Positions 7,770 through 15,875 of a stretch of 38,695 nucleotides of DNA are shown in pieces. The DNA is taken from assembly GCA_018830565.1 (NCBI GenBank), contig JAHJRX010000035.1:1-38695 (forward strand), given 5' to 3'. The notes under the pieces are model-generated. The model had not been told where the DNA came from, did no database searches, and worked only from the letters and a program-made list of their open reading frames with translations. Origin of the DNA: a bacterium. Its GTDB lineage: Bacteria > UBA9089 > JAHJRX01. Numbering within the stretch: the first letter of the stretch is position 1; each line of letters starts with the position of its first letter. The position numbers and the translations under genes are program-made.

Positions 7770-9530
7770 TTGAAGGTAGTTCTTGCTAATTCAGTAGGCA
7801 TAGATAAAGATGGTTATTATATTGTTCATTCTCCAAGTAGGTGGTCATTTTCTGCTAAAGATTATAAAGAGCAATTTACTTACTATCCATGGGAATTAGC
7901 TTACACTTCAAGTCTTTTGAAAAGAGAGACTAATAATAAGATTAAACTTCTCGATGGCTGCTTAGAAAAATGGGATTTTAAGAGATATCTTGAAGTACTT
8001 AAAGAAGAAAAGCCAGATTGGCTAATCATGGAACCATCGTCCCGGACTTATGATGAAGATTTGAGATTAGCTTTGGCTTGCAAAGAAGTGTTGGGCACAA
8101 AGTTAGTCTTTTGTGGTCAACATGCCATCGCTTATCCTGATGAAGTATTAAAAGCCGGGATTGATTATGTTGGTATTGGAGAGTATGAATATACTGTCTT
8201 AGAACTAATTCAAGGAAAGAATCCTTCTGGTATCCTTGGTCTTTATCCCAATCAGAGAAGACCTCTTTTAAACTTTAATACTCTTCCTTGGCCTGAAGAT
8301 GATGATGTGGCCCGGATAAAATATCATGAACCAAATTGTGAATATCAAGAGATCCAACTATATGCCACTAGAGGATGTCCTTTGCAATGTGTCTTTTGTG
8401 TCTGTGGGAATCTTTACTATCTAAAACCTAATTGGAGACCACGAAATCCTAAGGAGGTAGTAGCTGAACTTAAATACCTTAGGAATAAATATCCCCAAAT
8501 GGAAGGTGGGTTTTTTGATGAAGAGGTTCATAATGCTTCAAAAGCTTATATTCTTGAACTTTCTAAAGCTATAGTCGAAGCAGGATTAAATGACCTTCAT
8601 TATACCGCTATGTGTGGTTATTGGAATCTCGATCAAGAAATGCTTGCTGCTATGCGGAAAGCTGGTTATTATAAATTAAGGATTGGCATAGAAACCGCCA
8701 GCGCTAAGATTGCTGAATGCATTGGGCTAAAAAGTAAGTTTAACATAGAAAGACTGTATCAAGTTTTAGAAGAAGCAAAAGAAGCGGGAATGAAGATTTA
8801 CGGAACCTTTCTTTTTGGAGCCTTAGGTTCTATCAAGGAAGAAGACGAAAAGACCGCTCGTTTAATTCAAGACATAACCAGCAAGGATCTTTTATGTGAC
8901 TTGCAAATCTCTATTTGCACCCCTCAACCAGGGACTCCTTTTTATAAGATCGCCCAAGAAAAAGGATATTTAATTAATGAAGACTTAAGAAAGTTTGATG
9001 GAGCTCAATCTGCGGTAATAAGTTACCCGGCATATTCCTCAAATGATATTTATCAAACTTTTCGTTATGCTTTTCAATGCTATGATCAAGGCTTAGAAGA
9101 AAGAAAGAGGATAAAATTCCTACCTAAACTAATAAATAATTTACAAATTCATCTTTTGGATAACATCAAGAAGGTTTTACTTTTACGATCTGGAAGAATG
9201 TGGCAAGTAAATTTGGGAATGGAAGCGCTAAAGAAGATATTTCCAGACTCAAAGATAGATATTTTATGCCAAGCAAATATAAAGAATGTGATAGAAGACA
9301 ATCTTAATGTCAATAAGATTTATGTTTATGGAGATGGTTTTATCAACTTAGATACTTTTGATAAGTTATTGTTACCACAACTTACCAATGAAGATTTTGA
9401 TTTAGTGGTCGTCTTGTATAATAATTCAACAGGAAGAGGTTTTCAAGAAGTAAATAGATTAGCTATGTCTTTAAATCCTAAAAAGATCATCGCTATTAAT
9501 CCTGACGGAGAGATAGAGCAGGTGAAATAG
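7770..9530 (+). CDS. B12-binding-domain radical SAM enzyme (class B type) with a C-terminal GT9 N-domain-like Rossmann module
   Basis: Rossmann-like B12-binding region at the N-terminus, then radical-SAM CPLQCVFC (CxxxCxxC) in YATRGCPLQCVFCVCGN. The C-terminal ~120 aa KVLLLRSGRMWQVNLGMEALKKIFPDSKIDIL...VYGD resemble the N-terminal acceptor half of GT9 heptosyltransferases (K[IV]L[IV]IR..A.GD....P.L..L...FPDAEIDWL). TTG start. Confidence 0.7.
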   Translation: MKVVLANSVGIDKDGYYIVHSPSRWSFSAKDYKEQFTYYPWELAYTSSLLKRETNNKIKLLDGCLEKWDFKRYLEVLKEEKPDWLIMEPSSRTYDEDLRLALACKEVLGTKLVFCGQHAIAYPDEVLKAGIDYVGIGEYEYTVLELIQGKNPSGILGLYPNQRRPLLNFNTLPWPEDDDVARIKYHEPNCEYQEIQLYATRGCPLQCVFCVCGNLYYLKPNWRPRNPKEVVAELKYLRNKYPQMEGGFFDEEVHNASKAYILELSKAIVEAGLNDLHYTAMCGYWNLDQEMLAAMRKAGYYKLRIGIETASAKIAECIGLKSKFNIERLYQVLEEAKEAGMKIYGTFLFGALGSIKEEDEKTARLIQDITSKDLLCDLQISICTPQPGTPFYKIAQEKGYLINEDLRKFDGAQSAVISYPAYSSNDIYQTFRYAFQCYDQGLEERKRIKFLPKLINNLQIHLLDNIKKVLLLRSGRMWQVNLGMEALKKIFPDSKIDILCQANIKNVIEDNLNVNKIYVYGDGFINLDTFDKLLLPQLTNEDFDLVVVLYNNSTGRGFQEVNRLAMSLNPKKIIAINPDGEIEQVK

Positions 9531-10468
9531 TGAAAGTAAGTCTGGTGATTACCAATTGGAATGGAAGAAAGCTTTTAGAAGAATGTTTACCTTCTATCTT
9601 AAAGGTAGTAGACAAAGATAAAGATAGAGAGTATGAGGTATTAATTGTAGATGATTGCAGTCAAGACAATAGTGTAGAATTTATTAAGAGTAACTTTCCT
9701 TCCTTTAAAGTCCTTATCCCAGAACGCAATCTTGGTTTTCAAGGAGCTACTAATTTTGGGGTCTTAAATTCCAGTGGAGAAGTAGTCATTCTCTTAAATA
9801 ATGATCTAAAAGTTAGAGAAGATTCATTTTTTCCCCTCTTGGAATACTTTAAAAGAGAAGATGTCTTTGCGGTAGGTGGAAAGTTATTTCAATTTGACGA
9901 AACTAGTTATTTAGCAGGAAACTATCGAATCATATTTAAAAGAGGTCATTTTAGTATATTTACTGCTCCCCAATCAGATACTTCTTATTATATTCCTTTT
10001 GTTTGTGGAGGGGCAGGAGCTTTTGACAAAAAGAAATTTTTAGAACTTGGTGGTTTTGACAACTTGTTCTATCCCTTATACTATGAAGATATAGATATCT
10101 GCTATCGAGCCTGGAAGAGGGGATGGAAATGTATTTATGAACCAAAAAGTTTAATGTTTCATAAACATCAAGCTACTATTGCTACTCAAGTAAAGAAGGT
10201 AAAATATTTATCAGGTTGCAATAATTATCTCTTTACCTGGAAAAATATGACTGATTTTAGTTATATTTTAGCTCACCTCTTTTTTGTCCCTTTATTTTTA
10301 TTAAGAGACTTAATCAAAAGAAATTTTCGTTTTTGGAGATGTATATTTAAAGCCTTAAAGAAACTTCCTCAAGTCCTTCAAAAAAGGAAGAAGGAAAAGG
10401 GGCGAGATACACTTTCAGATAAAGAAGTATTAGCCCTTTTCGGCGCACCTTATCAAAATAATCTTTGA
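9530..10468 (+). CDS. family 2 glycosyltransferase (GT-A, DxD type)
   Basis: N-terminal VSLVITNWNGRKLLEECLPSI...EVLIVDDCSQDNS, plus YEDIDICYRAWKRGW. GTG start overlapping the upstream stop (TAGTG), so it is coupled to the radical SAM gene. Confidence 0.8.
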   Translation: MKVSLVITNWNGRKLLEECLPSILKVVDKDKDREYEVLIVDDCSQDNSVEFIKSNFPSFKVLIPERNLGFQGATNFGVLNSSGEVVILLNNDLKVREDSFFPLLEYFKREDVFAVGGKLFQFDETSYLAGNYRIIFKRGHFSIFTAPQSDTSYYIPFVCGGAGAFDKKKFLELGGFDNLFYPLYYEDIDICYRAWKRGWKCIYEPKSLMFHKHQATIATQVKKVKYLSGCNNYLFTWKNMTDFSYILAHLFFVPLFLLRDLIKRNFRFWRCIFKALKKLPQVLQKRKKEKGRDTLSDKEVLALFGAPYQNNL

Positions 10469-10523
10469 TTATCTTCTTCTTTTCATCATTTGACGTCATT
10501 TTGGGGCGATAAATTTGTTATTC

Positions 10524-11651
10524 TTAAATGAGATTATGTACCTTTAATAACCCCACTATTTCTTGATAAACTTCTTCTACGGTAATTAATTGCATACATT
10601 TGGCAGAAGTAGGAGCATCAAGACATATTTTTCTATAACAAGGAGCACATTCTAAATCAGGGACCATAGCTTTACCTCGATTGTAGAAATATACTTCTTG
10701 GGCACAAGTAGAGCCAAAGATAGCTAAGACTAATCTCTTTAAAGCAATCGCAAAATGCATGGCAATAGAGTCTCCTGTAATAATAAGATGACAACTATTT
10801 ACAATACCAGCAAACTGCATCAAAGTGTTATCGCAACCAGTGTCAATAATCGGGAAATCTACCAAAGATTTAATCTGACTATTTCTTTCCACCTCTTCTG
10901 GTCCGCCCAAAAGTAAGACCTTGGCTTTTAATTCTCGATGGAGTTTATTAGCCAAAGTCACATATCCTTCCAGTGTCCACTTTTTAGTAGCAAAGATAGG
11001 TCCACAACCAGTGTTAAGTCCGATCACTAAATCGCCTTCTTTTATTTCTTTACTTTTAATAAGATTTTGGCCATATTTTAAATCTTCGTCACTAACTGGT
11101 AAGATATATTCTTCACCTTGAAATTTTAAACCAATAGCTTCAAAGATAAACTCTTGATAACTTTGTTTATTTTTTTTAAACTTTAAGGGGTCATTAATGC
11201 CTAACTGGAAAGAATATTCTGCTTCTTTATTTAAAGGATAGATATTACCATGAGCTTCTAAACCATAGCCTAATTTTTCTTTGCTTTTAACGAGGCTGGC
11301 TAAACTTGTGGCTCCTGTATCTTTATCTAAGCAATATAAGATATCAAATTCTTCTACTTGTAATCTTAGAATTGTATTTAGGTCTAAGATGTACAATTTA
11401 TCAATCAAAGGATTTTCTTTTAATAACTGAAAAGAAGCTTTATCGGAGACCCAAGTAATGTGACCAGGATCATATTTTTCTCGGAGAAGTTTTAAGAGAG
11501 GGGTAGTGCGAAGCACATCTCCCATGGCGCCTAATTTGATAATTAAAAGCCTTTTGCCCATAGGTTTGTAATTTGAGCAGTCTTCACAGAGGCTCTTATA
11601 TTTACATGGTTTTTCTCCTATCAAATAACGACAATCTAATCTCAATTTCAT
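10524..11651 (-). CDS. family 9 glycosyltransferase (ADP-heptose:LPS heptosyltransferase-like) with an N-terminal Cys4 extension
   Basis: KRLLIIKLGAMGDVLRTTPLLKLLREKYDPGHITWV matches the GT9 N-terminal signature. Full GT-B length. It is preceded by CRYLIGEKPCKYKSLCEDCSNY (C-x8-C-x5-C-x2-C). Confidence 0.75.
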   Translation of the reverse strand: MKLRLDCRYLIGEKPCKYKSLCEDCSNYKPMGKRLLIIKLGAMGDVLRTTPLLKLLREKYDPGHITWVSDKASFQLLKENPLIDKLYILDLNTILRLQVEEFDILYCLDKDTGATSLASLVKSKEKLGYGLEAHGNIYPLNKEAEYSFQLGINDPLKFKKNKQSYQEFIFEAIGLKFQGEEYILPVSDEDLKYGQNLIKSKEIKEGDLVIGLNTGCGPIFATKKWTLEGYVTLANKLHRELKAKVLLLGGPEEVERNSQIKSLVDFPIIDTGCDNTLMQFAGIVNSCHLIITGDSIAMHFAIALKRLVLAIFGSTCAQEVYFYNRGKAMVPDLECAPCYRKICLDAPTSAKCMQLITVEEVYQEIVGLLKVHNLI

Positions 11652-11708
11652 ACTTTTTCTCCTTTTGCCTTTTCCTTATTATATCTTATTGATATTTTAG
11701 TGTCAAAT

Positions 11709-11835
11709 CATTTATAATTACCAGACATTTATAATTACCAGATATAATTATAGAAAAGAGAATATTTTGAAATTTTAGTAACATCATTTAGTAAAATATC
11801 TTTGTAATTTAGCGCCAGATTGTTTATAATTACCA
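11709..11835. promoter_or_regulatory. three copies of TTTATAATTACCA in the divergent GT9/glyS intergenic region
   Basis: CATTTATAATTACCAGA at 11709-11725 and 11726-11742 (perfect tandem), and GTTTATAATTACCA at 11822-11835. Each copy contains a TATAAT-like hexamer. Confidence 0.4.
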
Positions 11836-11878
11836 AAAAATAAAATAAATGGTGGCTGTTCCGAATCAAAAGTGAACA

Positions 11879-13945
11879 ATGGAAGTAAAAGATTTAGTGT
11901 TAGAGATTGGAAGTGAAGAGATGCCTTCTTATGCGATGGAAAAAATAATCCATCAATTAGGGGATAAGACTTTAAATATCTTAAAGAGAGAAAATTTATG
12001 GTCCGAAAACATAGAGACTTATGGCACACCAAGAAGATTAGTTGTCTTCATTAAAAATTTAGCTACTAAGACTAAAGAAATAACTCAAGAAATAATGGGC
12101 CCAGATATCCAAATCTCTTTCGACGAAAAAGGAAACCCTACCTCTACTGCTTTAGGTTTTGCTAAATCTCATCAAGCAAAAGTTACCGATTTAAAAATTA
12201 AAGAGACTCCCAAAGGAAAAAGAATATCTATCTCCAAAGTTATTTCAGGAAAAGATACGGCTTGTCTTTTACCGATTATTCTTCCTGAAATTATTAACTC
12301 TTTATCTTTGCCTAAGACCATGCGTTGGGAAGCTAAGGATATTAAGTTTATTCGACCCATAAGATGGATCCTATGTCTTTGGGGAGAAGAAAGAGTTAAT
12401 TTTTCCTTAGGAAATATTATTTCTTCTGTTGTAACTTATGGCCATCGGTTTAAGACTAATCAAGGAATTGAAGTAGCTAAAGGAGAAGATTTCTTTAAAG
12501 TTTTAAGAGATAACTATGTGATCCTGGATCAAAAAGAAAGAAAAGCCCATATTTTATCTCAGCTGAAGAAAAAGACAGCGGAACTAAAAGCTATCTTAGT
12601 GGAAGATGAAGAATTATTAGAGAGAGTTACTTATCTGACTGAATATCCTTCCGTTTATTTAGGCAGGTTTAATCAAGAATTTGTTAACTTACCTCAAGAA
12701 GTCTTAATTACTTCCTTAAAAGAACATCAGCGATGTTTTTCTTTAAAAGATACTCATCATTGTCTGTTGCCTTACTTTTTATTAGTGAGTAACTCTTTTT
12801 CTAAAGAAGCAAGTGGTAACATTATTCAAGGTAACGAGAGGGTAGTATTAGCTCGTTTAACCGATGCTTCTTTCTTCTTTAAGGAAGATCAAAAGGTACT
12901 TTTAAAAGAAAGAGTGGAGAAAGAAAAAAATATCATTTGGCAGAATAAATTAGGATCTTTATGGGATAAGACCCAAAGACTGATTAATTTAGCTGAAATT
13001 ATCTCAAAAGAGGTTAGTCCAAATCTAACTGAAGCCATTAAAAGAGCAGCTTTTTTATGTAAAGCTGATTTAAGTACCGAGATGGTCAAGGAATTTCCTA
13101 ATCTTCAAGGAATTATGGGTTATTATTATGCTAAAGCTGCTGGGGAAAAAGAAGAAGTAGCTTTAGCGATTAAAGACCATTACTTGCCTCGATTTGCAGA
13201 AGATACCTTACCTCAAAACAAGATAGGAGCTATTTTAGGAATAAGCGATCGTTTAGATACCCTCGTAGGATGTTTTTCTCTTGGCATTTCTTATCATAGC
13301 TCTCAAGATCCTTATGGGTTTCGACGACAAGCCCAAGGAATAATTAATATTCTCTTAAATTTTAAAATAGACGTTTCCTTAGATAAATTAATAGATGAAA
13401 GTTTAAATATTTGGGAAATCAAAGAAGAAAGAGAGAGACTTAAAGGAAATATCAAGAGTTTTTTAGAAGAGAGAATTAAGTTTATCTTTAGTCAGCGGAA
13501 GATTGACTTAGATATCATTGAAGCTGTAAGTAAGAATTTTAGTCTTCCTAATCGAGCTTTAGAGATTAGTTATCTGATTAAAGAAAATAAACAGCAAAAA
13601 GAATTTTTAGAATTAGCTACAGCTCTTAAGAGAATTTATAATATTCTTCAAAAGAATACTTATGAGGGTAAAATAAAAGATAACCTTCTTTTAGAAGAAG
13701 GTGAGAAGAAGTTATTTGAAATTTACCAGGGTCTAAAAGGAGAGATACTAAAGATGTTATTAGAGCAAAGATACCAAGAAGCTTTAGATAAACTTACTTG
13801 TTTTACTCAGCCGATTAACTATTTTTTTGATAAAGTTATGGTGATGGTAGAGGATGAAGAGTTAAGGCAAAATAGGTTAGCTTTACTTTATCAAATTAAA
13901 GATCTTTCTTTGAAACTTATTGATTTTTCTAATCTTAAGATATAG
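11879..13945 (+). CDS. glyS: glycine--tRNA ligase beta subunit
   Basis: 688 aa. The N-terminal MEVKDLVLEIGSEEMP and overall organisation are typical of GlyS. No glyQ is adjacent. Confidence 0.8.
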   Translation: MEVKDLVLEIGSEEMPSYAMEKIIHQLGDKTLNILKRENLWSENIETYGTPRRLVVFIKNLATKTKEITQEIMGPDIQISFDEKGNPTSTALGFAKSHQAKVTDLKIKETPKGKRISISKVISGKDTACLLPIILPEIINSLSLPKTMRWEAKDIKFIRPIRWILCLWGEERVNFSLGNIISSVVTYGHRFKTNQGIEVAKGEDFFKVLRDNYVILDQKERKAHILSQLKKKTAELKAILVEDEELLERVTYLTEYPSVYLGRFNQEFVNLPQEVLITSLKEHQRCFSLKDTHHCLLPYFLLVSNSFSKEASGNIIQGNERVVLARLTDASFFFKEDQKVLLKERVEKEKNIIWQNKLGSLWDKTQRLINLAEIISKEVSPNLTEAIKRAAFLCKADLSTEMVKEFPNLQGIMGYYYAKAAGEKEEVALAIKDHYLPRFAEDTLPQNKIGAILGISDRLDTLVGCFSLGISYHSSQDPYGFRRQAQGIINILLNFKIDVSLDKLIDESLNIWEIKEERERLKGNIKSFLEERIKFIFSQRKIDLDIIEAVSKNFSLPNRALEISYLIKENKQQKEFLELATALKRIYNILQKNTYEGKIKDNLLLEEGEKKLFEIYQGLKGEILKMLLEQRYQEALDKLTCFTQPINYFFDKVMVMVEDEELRQNRLALLYQIKDLSLKLIDFSNLKI

Positions 13946-14092
13946 ATATAACGACAAAAATAGTTGACAAAATATAAAAAATTGGGCGGTGTCCGACAAT
14001 AGTTTAGTTATAATGAGGTATCTGAAAAAAATATAAAAAAGGTGGATTATTCATTACAAATTTATCATTGCAAGGTGTAAATTTAAAATGCT

Positions 14093-14215
14093 AAATTTGC
14101 AATTTAAAATGAATTTATCCCCATCTTACACAATCTTACACAAGTTAGCTATTCGCAGGAATCACCTAAAAATTCGGGAATTTAGACTATAAGATTACCT
14201 ATAGCCTTTTTCTCC
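14093..14215 (+). ncRNA. copy A of a repeated intergenic element (conserved ~52-nt core, then a weak hairpin and T-run); candidate sRNA or cis-regulatory/terminator module
   Basis: Core AAATTTGCAATTTAAAATGAATTTATCCCCATCTTACACA[ATCTTACACA]AGTTAGCTATTC with a 10-bp internal tandem duplication. Followed by AGGA..CACC.AAAA, a CTATA-N8-TATAG hairpin and CCTTTTTCTCC. Nearly identical to 20742-20859. Confidence 0.45.
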
Positions 14216-14292
14216 CACGGAGTTATTAAAAGAGATGAAGAGGAAAGAACTAAAAGTCTAATTTTTTGGTAAAAAGAGGCGAATATATTTAA

Positions 14293-15081
14293 ATGAATCT
14301 TATTATTCAAATTGGAAATAAAATTTTAGAATCTCTAAAAAATATTAACCAAATTATTCAATTACTTGTAGATGCTGTTATTTCTCTTTTTTATCTTCAA
14401 AAGAGTAGTTTAAGAGCAAACATGAATGTCCTCTTCTCCCAAATAAGGTTTACTGGAATAAATGCCTTACCCTTAGTTAATAAACTAGCGCTTCTTTTAG
14501 GAATAGTGGTCATTATCCAAGCAGCTACTTATTTACCAAAGATTGGTGCTTCTGACTATATTGGAAGCATTATCACCTTAGTTATTATTCGAGAATTAGG
14601 TCCCCTGATGGTAGCTTTTATCGTCATTGGCCGGTCAGGAACAGCTATTGCTACCGAACTATGTAGTATGAAGATTAACCATGAAATCAATGCTTTAGAA
14701 GTGATGGGTATTAATCCATATCAGTTTATCATTATTCCTCGGCTTTTGGGAGTAGCTATCTCTGTCTTTTGTCTGGTTGTCTATTTTGATGTGATTGCTT
14801 TGGGGGGTGGTTATCTGGTCTCTTATCTAAAGATAAAACTACCTCTAATTGCTTTTATGAGTGGACTAAAACAATCTCTGGCTTTGAAAGATTTAATCTT
14901 AAGTGGAGTTAAGGGTTTATTATTTGGCTTTACCATTGCCACGATTGGTTGTTATCAAGGGTTAATTATTAAAGGCTCGCTTACTGAGATACCCCAAGCA
15001 GCAACTAAGACAGTGGTTAGATCGATCTCAACTATCTTTTTCTTTAATAGTTTATTAGCTTTTATCTTCTATTATTCATAA
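14293..15081 (+). CDS. mlaE: MlaE-family ABC transporter permease (phospholipid/lipid asymmetry transporter permease)
   Basis: 262 aa with multiple TM segments and MlaE/Ttg2B-like conserved blocks. Followed directly by MlaF and MlaD homologs. Confidence 0.75.
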   Translation: MNLIIQIGNKILESLKNINQIIQLLVDAVISLFYLQKSSLRANMNVLFSQIRFTGINALPLVNKLALLLGIVVIIQAATYLPKIGASDYIGSIITLVIIRELGPLMVAFIVIGRSGTAIATELCSMKINHEINALEVMGINPYQFIIIPRLLGVAISVFCLVVYFDVIALGGGYLVSYLKIKLPLIAFMSGLKQSLALKDLILSGVKGLLFGFTIATIGCYQGLIIKGSLTEIPQAATKTVVRSISTIFFFNSLLAFIFYYS

Positions 15082-15100
15082 CTTTCTATTATTTATAACT

Positions 15101-15850
15101 ATGGACAAAGAAGCTATTATTCGTTTAGAGAGGGTCTTTTTAGAAGATCTCAAAGGAGGTTCTTTAAGAGAGATTACTTTAAGTATTTATCCCGGAGAAA
15201 TCTATGTCCTGACTGGCCCCACCGAAGCTGATAAAGTAACCTTCTTAAATCTTTGCTTAGGACTGATAAAACCTCAAGAAGGAGAAATCTTGGTAGGAGG
15301 TTATGATTTTAAAAGAGCTACTTACCACCAGCTCATAGATTATCGTCGTAAACTCCAAATTAGTTATATGGCTTACCCACCAGCTTTAATTAGTAATAGG
15401 TCGATCTTAAGTAACTTACTTCTTCCTTTGGAATACCACTTTCCTAAAGGCAATCATCTAAAAAGAACCAAAGAATTACTGGCTTTATTAGGGCTGTCTA
15501 AATATGAAGATAAATTACCATTTGAACTCTCTCTGGAAGAAAAAAGGTTGGTAGAATTAGCCAGAGCCTTAGTTAGTCAACCGCAGATTATCTTTTATCG
15601 CCAACCTTTAGAAAATTTTGACTCTTTTCTACAACAAAAGATTGTTAAGATCATTAAGCAGTATTCAGAAGAGATGAGTTGCACCAGTATAATTGTAGCT
15701 AATCATTGGCTGCCATTTATACCCATTGCTCATCGTTTTGGGATATTAGATCAGGGAAAGCTAATATACTGTGGTTCCCCAGAAGAGCTTTACGCTAGCA
15801 ATGAGCCACCAGTCCAGCAATTTATTAATATTCAAAAAACTATTAGTTAG
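15101..15850 (+). CDS. MlaF-like ABC nucleotide-binding subunit with degenerate catalytic motifs (probable pseudo-ATPase)
   Basis: Aligns along its length to MlaF. Walker A is GPTEADKVT (consensus GxxGxGKST). The signature is LSLEE (consensus LSGGQ). Walker B is IIFYRQP, so the DEP acidic pair is replaced by RQP. Confidence 0.7.
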   Translation: MDKEAIIRLERVFLEDLKGGSLREITLSIYPGEIYVLTGPTEADKVTFLNLCLGLIKPQEGEILVGGYDFKRATYHQLIDYRRKLQISYMAYPPALISNRSILSNLLLPLEYHFPKGNHLKRTKELLALLGLSKYEDKLPFELSLEEKRLVELARALVSQPQIIFYRQPLENFDSFLQQKIVKIIKQYSEEMSCTSIIVANHWLPFIPIAHRFGILDQGKLIYCGSPEELYASNEPPVQQFINIQKTIS

Positions 15851-15875
15851 CTATATGCCAAACAAGGAGATAATC

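Noticed and set aside
10469-10523. TGACGTCA perfect 8-bp palindrome between the convergent GT2 and GT9 genes, considered as a terminator or CRE-like site
   Set aside because: It is too short to form a stable hairpin and has no flanking T-run. A single 8-mer palindrome is expected by chance at this scale.
11652-11878. T-box riboswitch upstream of glyS
   Set aside because: The GGTGGCTGTTCCG segment does not match the T-box consensus AGGGTGGNACCGCG. The leader is too short and is shared with a divergent gene.
13981-14000. GC-rich island TTGGGCGGTGTCCGACAAT in the glyS-mlaE gap, which shares GTGTCCGA with 37060-37070, considered as a common operator
   Set aside because: Only an 8-mer is shared, the contexts differ, and there is no palindromic symmetry. 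The evidence is insufficient to call a site.
15771-15875. Upstream extension of the mlaD ORF overlapping mlaF by 80 nt
   Set aside because: The internal ATG at 15876 has a canonical AAGGAG ribosome-binding site and is immediately followed by the TM helix typical of MlaD N-termini. The extension has no ribosome-binding site.
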